The notes beneath the pieces were generated by a model, which did not search any database, was not told the origin of the DNA, and saw only the letters and a program-made list of their open reading frames with translations. This document shows, piece after piece, positions 47,735-56,880 of a stretch of 64,000 nt of DNA. Position 1 is the stretch's first letter. Each line of letters opens with the position of its first letter. The stretch spans positions 20,769 through 84,768 of IMG/VR virus record IMGVR_UViG_3300033064_000910. One strand, written 5' to 3'. Origin of the DNA: a virus. Lineage: Duplodnaviria > Caudoviricetes. A program made the position numbers and the translations under genes.

Positions 47735-47896
47735 ATGAAATATAAAATGGTCCAAATCCCAGAAGATGCGTATATTTTATTAAAAGAGCATTGTAAAAAT
47801 AATGATTTAAAAATAGGAGCGTTTGTAGCTAAATTAATTAAAAAAAATGTAAATATTAAAATATCAAATTCTAATATTTTAAAAGTAGAAAGATGA
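47735..47896 (+). CDS. Small ribbon-helix-helix-like DNA-binding protein (only credible plus-strand gene)
   Basis: Translated by hand: MKYKMVQIPEDAYILLKEHCKNNDLKIGAFVAKLIKKNVNIKISNSNILKVER (53 aa). A-rich leader; ATATTTAT at 47700-47707. Confidence 0.6.
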   Translation: MKYKMVQIPEDAYILLKEHCKNNDLKIGAFVAKLIKKNVNIKISNSNILKVER

Positions 47897-47981
47897 TATC
47901 AAATGTTGAAATTATATGCAAAGAGTAATGGTAGTTCTATTATAGATACTGTACATAATATTATTACTGAAAAGATTGGTA

Positions 47982-50900
47982 TTAAAATTTAATCTTAGAA
48001 AATCCGTTTTCTTTTTTTATTTCTATCAGCCCATCTACAATATCCCTCATTTGTTCTAAGTGAGAAATTACCCAAATGAAATCAAATTGAGTTTTAAGGT
48101 ATTGCATCATCATAAATAGAGATGATAGGTTATCTGCATCCAATGTACCAAATCCTTCATCTATTACTAAGAAGTTTGGACGGGGTAACCCACATATGTT
48201 TATAAGTGCTACTCTGATTGCCAATCCACTAATAAATTTTTCCATACCACTACCCATTTCCAATGTCCACTCTTGGTCTTCATAGACAAGTTTTGCATTA
48301 ATATTTTTACCATCCGTATCCATTGAAAGTGAAAAATCTACAACCTGTGCTAATATATTATTTACTTCATTTTCAATTACAGGCATTGCTTTGGAAATAA
48401 GTTCATACGGTACTCCATCTTTTTTTACCGCATCTAAATAATAAGTGTAAAGTGTATTTTTATTTTCTAAATCTTTTACCTCACTTATCTTTGCTTGAGT
48501 GGTATTAATAAATGAATCAATAGAACCAATTTCACCAGTTTTTTGTAAAATCTTTTTATTTGTATCTGAAATATCTTTATCAAATTCCTTTTTTTGAATT
48601 TCTAAAGTTTTAATGCGTTCATTTATTTCTTTATTTTGTAGTATGGTTTCTGATATTGCATTGTACCTATTGATATCCGCTTTTATTCCGGAAAGCTGTG
48701 TTATTAGGAGTTCATATTGAGTTCCTAAACCATCCCACTCCGCTTGTGTTTTTTGTATAATGATTTCACCTTTTTGATATTTGTTACGAAGTTCTACTAA
48801 ACTACCCCATACATCTTCAACATCAGAAAAAGGTTCAGTTGCTTTGATTAAAGCATGGTGACCGATGTTAAGAGTTTCTAATTGAGATTCTTGTGTTTTA
48901 ACAACTTCTTTGGTAGCGATTGCATCCTTAACGAATACATTATCCATACAATACTGACAATTAGGGTCATATTCATGTTGTTCCAAATGTTTTAACTTAT
49001 CCAAATTAGATTCGTATTGTGATTCTAATCTATCTATTTGTTGTTGTACATCTGCAATTTTACCCTTTGCTAAATCCCACTCTTTTTTGGCATCATCTAT
49101 TGATAATCCATTTATTTCCGAATGTTGATTTATGGATTGTGATACTTCATTTAAAAGTGTTTTGTATTCGTTTATCCTACTTTCTTTATCTTCCCTATCC
49201 TTTCTGTTAGTTACCAATTTGCTCTCAATGCTGCCCTTCGCTGCCTCTAACGTGGATAGTTCTAATCGACTATCAATTGGGGTTAGTGATTCCTTTAGGT
49301 CAGATATTTGATTTTGGATTCCGTCCTTTTTTTTATTCAAATCTTTAAGGGTTATCTCTAACTCGTTTACAATTTTTTTTGATTCCTTTAGGTCGGTTTC
49401 TTTTGTCGCTAATTCGGTTGTAAAATCAGTACGTTTGAAATTTCTGATAAGTGCACTCACTTCCTTAATGTCTTCATTAGCAGCCTCGTACAATTTATCG
49501 AATATATCCAATCCCATAAATTGGGCCATCAGGTCTTTCCTTTCGGATTGTGATTTATCAATGAATAAGGTATTGTTTCCCTGCAAAGATAGTGCAGTAA
49601 GTACAAAGTCTTCATACCTACCAACGTATTGTTCAATGACGGAGTTAGTATCTCTCCTTTCAGTTCCATTAAGGGATTCTGATATACCATCCTTTACCCT
49701 CCAGAATTGAACATCTACTTTAACGTTCCTTCCATTATTAACCATCCTTGCTTCTCTCCTTATATAGTAAGGGATACCCTCTACATTAAAGTCCAATTGG
49801 CAATGGAAGTCTGATTTACGATTGTTTAGTATATTACTTGCTTTGAATGTCCTGCTACATCTGTCAAACAAACAAAATGATATCGCATCAAATAGAGATG
49901 ATTTTCCACTAGCATTTGGTGCAAATAATCCCATTAGTCCGCTAACCTTATCAAAATTAATTATATTATCTTCACCATAGGAAAACATATTAGAGAATTC
50001 AAACCTTAACGGCTTCCATTGTACGTTTCGGGTTAAGTCATCTATTACTATCTTACTATTAATTTCTTTATTCAATGATTGGATTCCTAATATATCTTCC
50101 GGCGTTACAAATGGCATCATCCTTTGTATATAATCGGTTATTAAAGAGTTTTGATAATTAACATTCGTAATATCTTCAAGTTCTATTTGGTTATCTCTAT
50201 CACCAGTTTTTTTCTTTGCTAAACTATCCGTTTTTATGATTGTAAAATCTTCAACTCCATACTTTATTTTGATTTCAGTTATTGCCCGCTTTGTATCTGC
50301 GGCATCGGTCTCAGCAAATCTTACTCTAAGTCTTGGAAACTTTGGTAAATTAATTACATCCGGCACTACACCATTTACGATATCCATAGTATAATACCCA
50401 TAATCATTTTGGATATCAACTTCCTCATAGGTCATTGTATCTAAATCCCAAACTAAGAATCCGTGCTTATCTAATGTTTCACCGAAGTTTTGTTGTACCA
50501 AAGAACCAGCGTACACAATCTTACATCCGCTTGGTGATACCATCTCTTGTCTTTTATGTATATCACCTAAAAGGGCTAAATCGTATCCATCAAATATATC
50601 AGTTGTAAAGTGTCTACTACTAACTACATAACCCACATCGGTTGTAGAGTTATCAACAGGTCCGTGAAATAGTGCAATCTTTTTATTTGCAAATATAGTA
50701 TCAGCTTTGGGCCAATTATCTTTGTTATCAAATATACTGAATACTGCAAAATCAACATCTCCAATTCCGTAAACTTGCGTATCTTTTAAATACGTTAGGT
50801 TTGGTAACTTCAATGCATCAACGATTGGAGTAAGTACATCCAATCTATCTGAATTATTCATATTACAATCGTGATTACCAGCGATTACAATAGTAGGACA

Positions 50901-51125
50901 TAATTTGTTACATTCAGTAAACAACCAACTAATCTCACTTACCAATTCAGGACTCATCTCTAATTTAGCGTGAGCTATATCTCCAGCTAAATAGATAATA
51001 GAATCTTCAGTTCCTCTCTTTTTGATTTCTTCAAACATTGAGTAAAATACTTCTCTAAACTCTTTGTGTCTTTTAATGTTACGGATGTGTATATCCGCAA
51101 TGTGATAAATTCTTTTTAACCTCAT
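47982..51125 (-). CDS. sbcCD: SbcD-SbcC (Mre11-Rad50, gp47-gp46) single-polypeptide nuclease/ATPase
   Basis: HIADIH, AGDIAH, AGNHD, LGDIH; Walker A APNASGKSS, CQYC zinc hook, signature GSGMEK, Walker B IDEGFGTLD, VISH. Confidence 0.92.
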   Translation of the reverse strand: MRLKRIYHIADIHIRNIKRHKEFREVFYSMFEEIKKRGTEDSIIYLAGDIAHAKLEMSPELVSEISWLFTECNKLCPTIVIAGNHDCNMNNSDRLDVLTPIVDALKLPNLTYLKDTQVYGIGDVDFAVFSIFDNKDNWPKADTIFANKKIALFHGPVDNSTTDVGYVVSSRHFTTDIFDGYDLALLGDIHKRQEMVSPSGCKIVYAGSLVQQNFGETLDKHGFLVWDLDTMTYEEVDIQNDYGYYTMDIVNGVVPDVINLPKFPRLRVRFAETDAADTKRAITEIKIKYGVEDFTIIKTDSLAKKKTGDRDNQIELEDITNVNYQNSLITDYIQRMMPFVTPEDILGIQSLNKEINSKIVIDDLTRNVQWKPLRFEFSNMFSYGEDNIINFDKVSGLMGLFAPNASGKSSLFDAISFCLFDRCSRTFKASNILNNRKSDFHCQLDFNVEGIPYYIRREARMVNNGRNVKVDVQFWRVKDGISESLNGTERRDTNSVIEQYVGRYEDFVLTALSLQGNNTLFIDKSQSERKDLMAQFMGLDIFDKLYEAANEDIKEVSALIRNFKRTDFTTELATKETDLKESKKIVNELEITLKDLNKKKDGIQNQISDLKESLTPIDSRLELSTLEAAKGSIESKLVTNRKDREDKESRINEYKTLLNEVSQSINQHSEINGLSIDDAKKEWDLAKGKIADVQQQIDRLESQYESNLDKLKHLEQHEYDPNCQYCMDNVFVKDAIATKEVVKTQESQLETLNIGHHALIKATEPFSDVEDVWGSLVELRNKYQKGEIIIQKTQAEWDGLGTQYELLITQLSGIKADINRYNAISETILQNKEINERIKTLEIQKKEFDKDISDTNKKILQKTGEIGSIDSFINTTQAKISEVKDLENKNTLYTYYLDAVKKDGVPYELISKAMPVIENEVNNILAQVVDFSLSMDTDGKNINAKLVYEDQEWTLEMGSGMEKFISGLAIRVALINICGLPRPNFLVIDEGFGTLDADNLSSLFMMMQYLKTQFDFIWVISHLEQMRDIVDGLIEIKKENGFSKIKF

Positions 51126-52048
51126 ATATTATTTAAATTATTTATACAAAGATACTCATCGAAATGAGAATCAATCCAATTTCGTTCACCATTATTATCT
51201 ATAAATGTTGCTAAAAATGGTTTTAATAAATTAACATCAATTATATTGAAATGTTTTTTTATTAATTCTTTTTCGTTTATATCTGGGTATTCACTTTTTT
51301 CTAAAAATCGTTTAATATCATTGACAGAATATTCTATAATATTCCTCCATTTTTTTACATTATACCAATTAATATTATCAAATAGTAATTCGTTTTTTAT
51401 TCTATTTGAAAACAATTCAATAGATGCCAAACTATCTTTTATTAATTTTACAGTGTCGTTTGAATTAAATGGTTTTGGGTCTGGATGATATGAATCATAA
51501 ATGTTTATATCTTTTATTTTTTCTTTTAAGGATGGTTCTACATTCCATAGATAAGATAATCCAAGTTGAGATTCTGGTACTCTCATATTCCAAAAATTAT
51601 TTTTTAAATTATTTAAAGTGGATTGAAACATTAATTTTATATTATTCAATGTACCAGCTATTATATGGTCGGATATTGAAAATGGATGCATTCCAATTTC
51701 TTTAAAGAATAATGAACCACATATTATCTTATGGGGTTCATCACTTACCATATTTAATATCAAATCTAAATTAGACCAATATTCATCACATCTTAGTTTT
51801 ATAACATATTTAGTATTTATTTTTTCTAATCCATACAAAGTAGATAATACTTGCAAATCTAAATTATAATTTGTTAATCTAGGATTTGGTTTTTTGTTTT
51901 TTATTATTTGCCAATTTTCAGGAAAATTATAATCAATATCATCTTCCCAAATGGATACATAAATTTTTTTATCTTTATAATTATTTACCCAAAAGTCCAT
52001 TGATTTAGATTCTATTCTTCCTTGTAATAGTATTGAGTAGTCTATCAT
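51122..52048 (-). CDS. WavE-like polysaccharide-synthesis / GT-A-like protein
   Basis: SILLQG, STLYGLEKINTKYVIKLRCD, FSISDHIIAG pattern. Confidence 0.55.
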   Translation of the reverse strand: MIDYSILLQGRIESKSMDFWVNNYKDKKIYVSIWEDDIDYNFPENWQIIKNKKPNPRLTNYNLDLQVLSTLYGLEKINTKYVIKLRCDEYWSNLDLILNMVSDEPHKIICGSLFFKEIGMHPFSISDHIIAGTLNNIKLMFQSTLNNLKNNFWNMRVPESQLGLSYLWNVEPSLKEKIKDINIYDSYHPDPKPFNSNDTVKLIKDSLASIELFSNRIKNELLFDNINWYNVKKWRNIIEYSVNDIKRFLEKSEYPDINEKELIKKHFNIIDVNLLKPFLATFIDNNGERNWIDSHFDEYLCINNLNNI

Positions 52049-52980
52049 ATATTATTTAGTTTGGATAGAACTAAGTCATCCCATCCAGTTTGTTTTGCTC
52101 CCTTTAGGAGTTCGTTTACTTTTTTAAATCCCATTTCACCAGCATCTTTATCAGTTGGTATAATGTTCCTTACTTTAATTCCATTTTTCATAAACCATTC
52201 GGTATGTTTGGTGGAATCATCAACGGCATCAGAATCTAACATAATTGTTACATCCTTAACACCCTTTTCCATAATTTTATTTTTTAACTTGCTAAGTAAA
52301 AACTTACCCAATAATGGGATTACATTTCTCTTTACTGAAAACGAATCAAATACACCTTCCACTAAAGTAATTGGCTCGTTCCAATTGATTTGATTCTCAA
52401 ACACAATTACATCTCTACTAATTGGCGGATTCTTATATTTGTACGGCTCATCTTCGTAGAAAGAACGAGCTACAAAGTAATTAAGGTCACCACTATCATC
52501 GTAAGAAGGTATAATAACCCTACCACCATATAATCCGTCCTCACAATATCCGATGTTATACTTTACGATATCAGCTTTTGTGATATCTCTTTTATTTAAA
52601 TAATGAAGGGCTTGATTGTAGGCGGGATTAACGCTTTTTGGACAAAAGTACAATTGTTTGAATTCTTTTGGTAATTGTAACTTAACTACATATTCTTCCT
52701 TAGAATCATATTCAGGTTCATCCCCATATACATCTTTAACCTTATTCAGGTCCCTAACATCCACATTGAGTTTGCGAAGTAGAGAATATATACTCCTACC
52801 CTTAGAATCACACACCCAGCAGTGCCATCTTTGTGTATCTAAATTTACTTGAAGTTTCTTTTTATGGTGATTACAAAATGGACAATGATGTGCCTGTTCG
52901 TTTCCCTTTAAGGATGAACCCACTCCGAGTGTAGAATCTAATATTGTAATTATTTGTAATTTATTCCTACCAGATAGCAT
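52045..52980 (-). CDS. DNA primase (zinc finger + TOPRIM)
   Basis: CPFCNHH...HCWVC; LVEGVFD; IMLDSDA; DKDAGEMG. Confidence 0.9.
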   Translation of the reverse strand: MLSGRNKLQIITILDSTLGVGSSLKGNEQAHHCPFCNHHKKKLQVNLDTQRWHCWVCDSKGRSIYSLLRKLNVDVRDLNKVKDVYGDEPEYDSKEEYVVKLQLPKEFKQLYFCPKSVNPAYNQALHYLNKRDITKADIVKYNIGYCEDGLYGGRVIIPSYDDSGDLNYFVARSFYEDEPYKYKNPPISRDVIVFENQINWNEPITLVEGVFDSFSVKRNVIPLLGKFLLSKLKNKIMEKGVKDVTIMLDSDAVDDSTKHTEWFMKNGIKVRNIIPTDKDAGEMGFKKVNELLKGAKQTGWDDLVLSKLNNI

Positions 52981-52999
52981 AGTTTGGATATTATTATCT

Positions 53000-53031
53000 C
53001 AAATATACGAAAATTATCCGATATAACCTAA
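53000..53031 (-). promoter_or_regulatory. Bacteroidota-type sigma-A promoter of the primase operon
   Basis: TTAG-N20-TATATTTG, with the same GGTTAT...TTCG spacer ends as the other two copies. Confidence 0.75.
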
Positions 53032-53232
53032 TTAATGGTTGGAATTCTTTACATCATAAAGGAAGTCTGCTAAGAATTGTAATTTGTTAGCAATTTGTTC
53101 TCTTGGTACATTGTTGTTTACCATTCCTTTAAGGTCTATTAAAGATGCAGCTGCTATTTGAAGTGCATCATCTTTTGCATTTAAGTAAGCTTCGGAGATT
53201 CCGTACTTTTTTGCGATTTCAGGTATTGTCAT
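53032..53232 (-). CDS. Hypothetical protein
   Basis: 66 aa, coupled to the upstream nuclease gene. Confidence 0.6.
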   Translation of the reverse strand: MTIPEIAKKYGISEAYLNAKDDALQIAAASLIDLKGMVNNNVPREQIANKLQFLADFLYDVKNSNH

Positions 53233-53234
53233 AA

Positions 53235-53648
53235 CTATGGGTTTATAATATCCCTACGGAAGAATTTTCCCATAAGGTTTTCGTTTATTGATTGTTCGTT
53301 GGCCAGTACATCGTAATGAAACTGCCATTTAATTTCGTAATATGATAAGGATTTCTTTGAAAAGCAAAACTGGATAATTTCTCTTTCAAAATCACCAGCT
53401 CTACCTTCTTTTACTTCGGATTTAATCCATTCGTTTGATGAATAGTATTTCTCCCAATCGGAAGCACTTCTAACAACTCTTTTTCTAGTCTTGCCCTTAA
53501 GGGGCTTCAATCTTCGAACCTGATTTAGGGATTTCTTCCCTATATAAAATCTACCAGTTGGTATGTGTATCATTTTATAGACAAACCCAACTGCACCTTC
53601 CGGTGTGTTTTCCTCCGTAACAATATTTCCATTAAATATCCAACTCAT
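53235..53648 (-). CDS. GIY-YIG family nuclease (catalytic domain only)
   Basis: GFVYKMIHIPTGRFYIGKK, YYSSN, YYEIKWQF. Confidence 0.8.
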   Translation of the reverse strand: MSWIFNGNIVTEENTPEGAVGFVYKMIHIPTGRFYIGKKSLNQVRRLKPLKGKTRKRVVRSASDWEKYYSSNEWIKSEVKEGRAGDFEREIIQFCFSKKSLSYYEIKWQFHYDVLANEQSINENLMGKFFRRDIINP

Positions 53649-53651
53649 TGA

Positions 53652-53843
53652 TTATTTTTTGAAAAGTTCTGAATACTTTTTTGTAGTATTCACTGCACCT
53701 TTTCTAGCTTTGCTAAGTTTGGTTTCATCCGTTGATAGGTTTGTCCCACCATCGGCACTTATTGGAGTTTTATCTCCACCTTTAATATTAGCTACTCCTG
53801 TTTTAGGAGTTGATTTTGTGTATATATCAACAATGCTTGCCAT
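53652..53843 (-). CDS. Small basic hypothetical protein
   Basis: 63 aa with its own late motif at 53865. Confidence 0.6.
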   Translation of the reverse strand: MASIVDIYTKSTPKTGVANIKGGDKTPISADGGTNLSTDETKLSKARKGAVNTTKKYSELFKK

Positions 53844-53876
53844 TTTTATATGTGTTTATTTAGTATAAATATAACG

Positions 53877-54821
53877 TTATGTATCGAAACGTATGATAAA
53901 GTTTATTGGATAGTTTGGTTCTGATTTAATTGGTTGTGGTAATTTTGCAACCGCTACCAATGTTAATGAGTCATCATACAATCCAATTGTTGTAATATAT
54001 GGAGCTAAATAAGAACCGGTTGGGTCTATTGAACCACTATATTCAAAATCGTCAAAACTACCAAATTTTCCGCTATTTAATTTAGAAACATATGGATATT
54101 TTGAATTTCTTACATTTTTAATTCCAGCATCATAAAAAGATGTAGTAACTAAATCATTTGGTTTTTTTCGTAGTGATTCGGCTCTACTTGTAGTTATATT
54201 AATTTTTCTGCCACCATCTTCATATACCGCTGATGGGTTTTGTGAAAAATTAAATTCTCCCTCCAATACTGGTATGAATATTTCATTTTCATATATTGTT
54301 TTTGTAGAACGAAAGTTTAAAGTAAATTGAGATAATACAGATCCACTAACTACATCTTTAGCTACAACTATCAATCCCCTATCATAAAATATATTACCTT
54401 TTATCTGATTACCATATTTTAAATTAGAATATCCATCATCTGTATATGTTCTCCCTAATTGCTCATCTTCTAATACAACAGTACCAACTTTTATTCCCTC
54501 ACCATAATATCTTTGTGGTACTGAAAACACTGCCATTTCATTTTCTAAAATTCTTTCATCTGTTGATGCATAAGATTTTCGTAACCCAACTTCTGTTAAT
54601 ACAGATGCTGTGGCTGAGTTTGTATAAAATTGTGCTTTTATAGAACGGAATAAACTTATTTTAGAAAATCCATATGATTTTTCTTCAATTTCTGCATCAT
54701 AATCTCCAATACTTCCACTTTTAGCAAAAATAGGATTAATATCATTTTCATCCAATCTCCATTCTTTATAAACTTTGAGAGGTCTTACTATAATATCGGA
54801 TTTTGGAATTTGTTTTAACAT
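53877..54821 (-). CDS. Tail/baseplate structural protein
   Basis: C-terminal YITTIGLYDD...VAVAKLPQPIK resembles tail-collar fibre domains. Confidence 0.6.
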   Translation of the reverse strand: MLKQIPKSDIIVRPLKVYKEWRLDENDINPIFAKSGSIGDYDAEIEEKSYGFSKISLFRSIKAQFYTNSATASVLTEVGLRKSYASTDERILENEMAVFSVPQRYYGEGIKVGTVVLEDEQLGRTYTDDGYSNLKYGNQIKGNIFYDRGLIVVAKDVVSGSVLSQFTLNFRSTKTIYENEIFIPVLEGEFNFSQNPSAVYEDGGRKINITTSRAESLRKKPNDLVTTSFYDAGIKNVRNSKYPYVSKLNSGKFGSFDDFEYSGSIDPTGSYLAPYITTIGLYDDSLTLVAVAKLPQPIKSEPNYPINFIIRFDT

Positions 54822-54856
54822 CTATTATTTTCTTTTATATAAATATTCTATAAATG

Positions 54857-54883
54857 AAAAACCCCCTTTGATTAGGGGGGTTT
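54857..54883 (-). terminator. Rho-independent terminator
   Basis: Minus strand AAACCCCCC-TAATCAAA-GGGGGTTTTT. Confidence 0.85.
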
Positions 54884-54909
54884 ATCATTTTATCTAAAAT
54901 AATTATTGA

Positions 54910-56151
54910 TTAAAATGAAAGTTTAACTTTAATTAAAACTTCTTTATCAAATGATTTAACAATTGGTTGAGAAGTTTTTGCCACAGCAATAAGTTCGTTT
55001 GAATCATTATAAAGACCTACGGTTGTAACAAATGTCTGAGGGTCAGTTTCAAATGTTGGTTCGGTAAAGAATCCGTCAGAATCTACATATGTAGGGTTAT
55101 TAGAATAGTTAAATTCTCTATTCGTTGCTCTTACAAAGAAATGTTGAGTTGAAATATTTTCAGTTCTTCTTGCTTCAAAATCACCACCATGATATATTGC
55201 GTAAAATAATAGTTTATGATTTATTGCATTATGTGTTGTTGCAATTCCACCCTGTAAACTACCAGTAGTTCTGAAATCTTTATCAAATACATTACCAACT
55301 ACATTACCTATTGCTTTAGCGTTAAGAACTATAATACCTCTTTCAGGATAGAATTCTCCGAATCCTTCACCTGTTGCTGTATGTCCTGCTTTTAAGTCAG
55401 TAGCTATATCCGCTGAATGTTCAACCGTTGCTTCACTCTGAGTTCCTAATTCCAATGAACCCGAAACAACTTTGAATACATTACCAGCTAATCCATAAGT
55501 ATCTCCAAATTTCTTACCACTATTATCAATGAATGTAAACAATCCATTAGAACCAGAAAGTTTTAATGACCAGTTACCCGCATCCATACTTTCTCTAAAT
55601 CTATTTCTAGCTAAGTTTATAAAATAACAAGCATTTGCATCAGTTGCAATATTAGTTGAATTATCAAAATTAAATTTAGAATCGATTGGGTCTAACAACA
55701 TTGATTTATATTGTGCGTATGATGCTTTTGTTGCTAATAATGAATTATCATCAACTGATAAAGCCGCAGAACCACTACCATCAACGTGTCCATAAGCTAT
55801 TGCAAATTGAACTTCTTCTTCATCGGTAGTTGCCGGTGATAAGTCATATACATTGTAATAATATTGTCCACTTTGTTGTGCTATTTGTGTAGATGATGTA
55901 AATGCGTTATTTAAAGAACCAGAATCACCAGACCATAGTCCAGTTGTTACAATTTCTATTTTTGCGTTTACTTTATCAAATTCACCAAATCTTTTGTAAA
56001 TACCGGTTGTTTGTGCTCCAACAGTTGATATTTGTTGTCCTGCAGGCAATACCGAATTTAAAAGTGTTACAAGTTGATTTGAATCTACCGTTCCAGTATT
56101 AGCTAATGCTGCTATCTGGGAGGTTATATTTGGGTCATTAATTAGTGCCAT
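54910..56151 (-). CDS. Tail/baseplate structural protein
   Basis: FNYSNNPTY...FVTTVGLYNDSNELIAVAKTSQPI, paralogous to the 53877 ORF. Confidence 0.65.
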   Translation of the reverse strand: MALINDPNITSQIAALANTGTVDSNQLVTLLNSVLPAGQQISTVGAQTTGIYKRFGEFDKVNAKIEIVTTGLWSGDSGSLNNAFTSSTQIAQQSGQYYYNVYDLSPATTDEEEVQFAIAYGHVDGSGSAALSVDDNSLLATKASYAQYKSMLLDPIDSKFNFDNSTNIATDANACYFINLARNRFRESMDAGNWSLKLSGSNGLFTFIDNSGKKFGDTYGLAGNVFKVVSGSLELGTQSEATVEHSADIATDLKAGHTATGEGFGEFYPERGIIVLNAKAIGNVVGNVFDKDFRTTGSLQGGIATTHNAINHKLLFYAIYHGGDFEARRTENISTQHFFVRATNREFNYSNNPTYVDSDGFFTEPTFETDPQTFVTTVGLYNDSNELIAVAKTSQPIVKSFDKEVLIKVKLSF

Positions 56152-56167
56152 TTGTTATATCTTTTTA

Positions 56168-56788
56168 TTATGCTTTATATGTTACAATCACAGGTATAGT
56201 TTGAGAACCTCCAGTTTCATTACCATATACGGTAATGGTTGTAGATACATCTAACGTTAAACTTGGATTTGGAGTAAATCTAAATTCCAAACCAGTTACA
56301 ACCTGCGCAGTTGTTGTTATCTCATCTCCTAAGAACAATGTATTACCTGTTCCACTTGCTCCTCTAGTTACTGTCAACGTACCTGCTCTTTGGTCTGCTA
56401 ATACCATAGTATATCCAGTACTTGCATTTCCTGCAGGTGATGTAGTTGGTAATAGTCCAACCGCTCCTTCGCTTTGGTTTACACTAATTGAAGGGATACC
56501 CAATCTTACAGTTGGGATTTGAGTAGTTCCTTTTGGAAGGGTAACTAATTTATATCTCAATACCTGAGTTTCATCAGGTGAAGCTTCCGTAATAGGAATA
56601 GCTCTAATTGCCGAATCGTAATAAGCCGAACCCTTTGGGTGAGCTGGTTCATACAGTGTGTAATCAATCTCATCATCTCCCAAAGCGAACTTTGTAATGT
56701 TCAAAGATTGTCCAGATGCTAATTTTTGTCTTCCTTTTTTGGTAAGAATTGCATCTACTGTGATTTCTGTGTTATCTAAATATGCCAT
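56168..56788 (-). CDS. Tail/baseplate structural protein
   Basis: ILTKKGRQKLASG...ITKFALGDDEIDY resembles the N-terminus of tail-collar fibre proteins. Confidence 0.6.
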   Translation of the reverse strand: MAYLDNTEITVDAILTKKGRQKLASGQSLNITKFALGDDEIDYTLYEPAHPKGSAYYDSAIRAIPITEASPDETQVLRYKLVTLPKGTTQIPTVRLGIPSISVNQSEGAVGLLPTTSPAGNASTGYTMVLADQRAGTLTVTRGASGTGNTLFLGDEITTTAQVVTGLEFRFTPNPSLTLDVSTTITVYGNETGGSQTIPVIVTYKA

Positions 56789-56880
56789 TTGATATTATTT
56801 TTTTAATTCTTTATTTCTAAAATATAAATATAACCAATTATTATTTTCAATTATTAATTCCTATAACCGTTTCTTAAAAA

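Noticed and set aside
47894-47896. TGA recoding to Trp (suggested by the in-frame continuation of the RHH ORF and by TGA-TAA at the portal end)
   Set aside because: TGA acts as a true stop in ATGA-coupled junctions at 51122 and 52045, and long genes have no internal TGA or TAG. The standard code fits.
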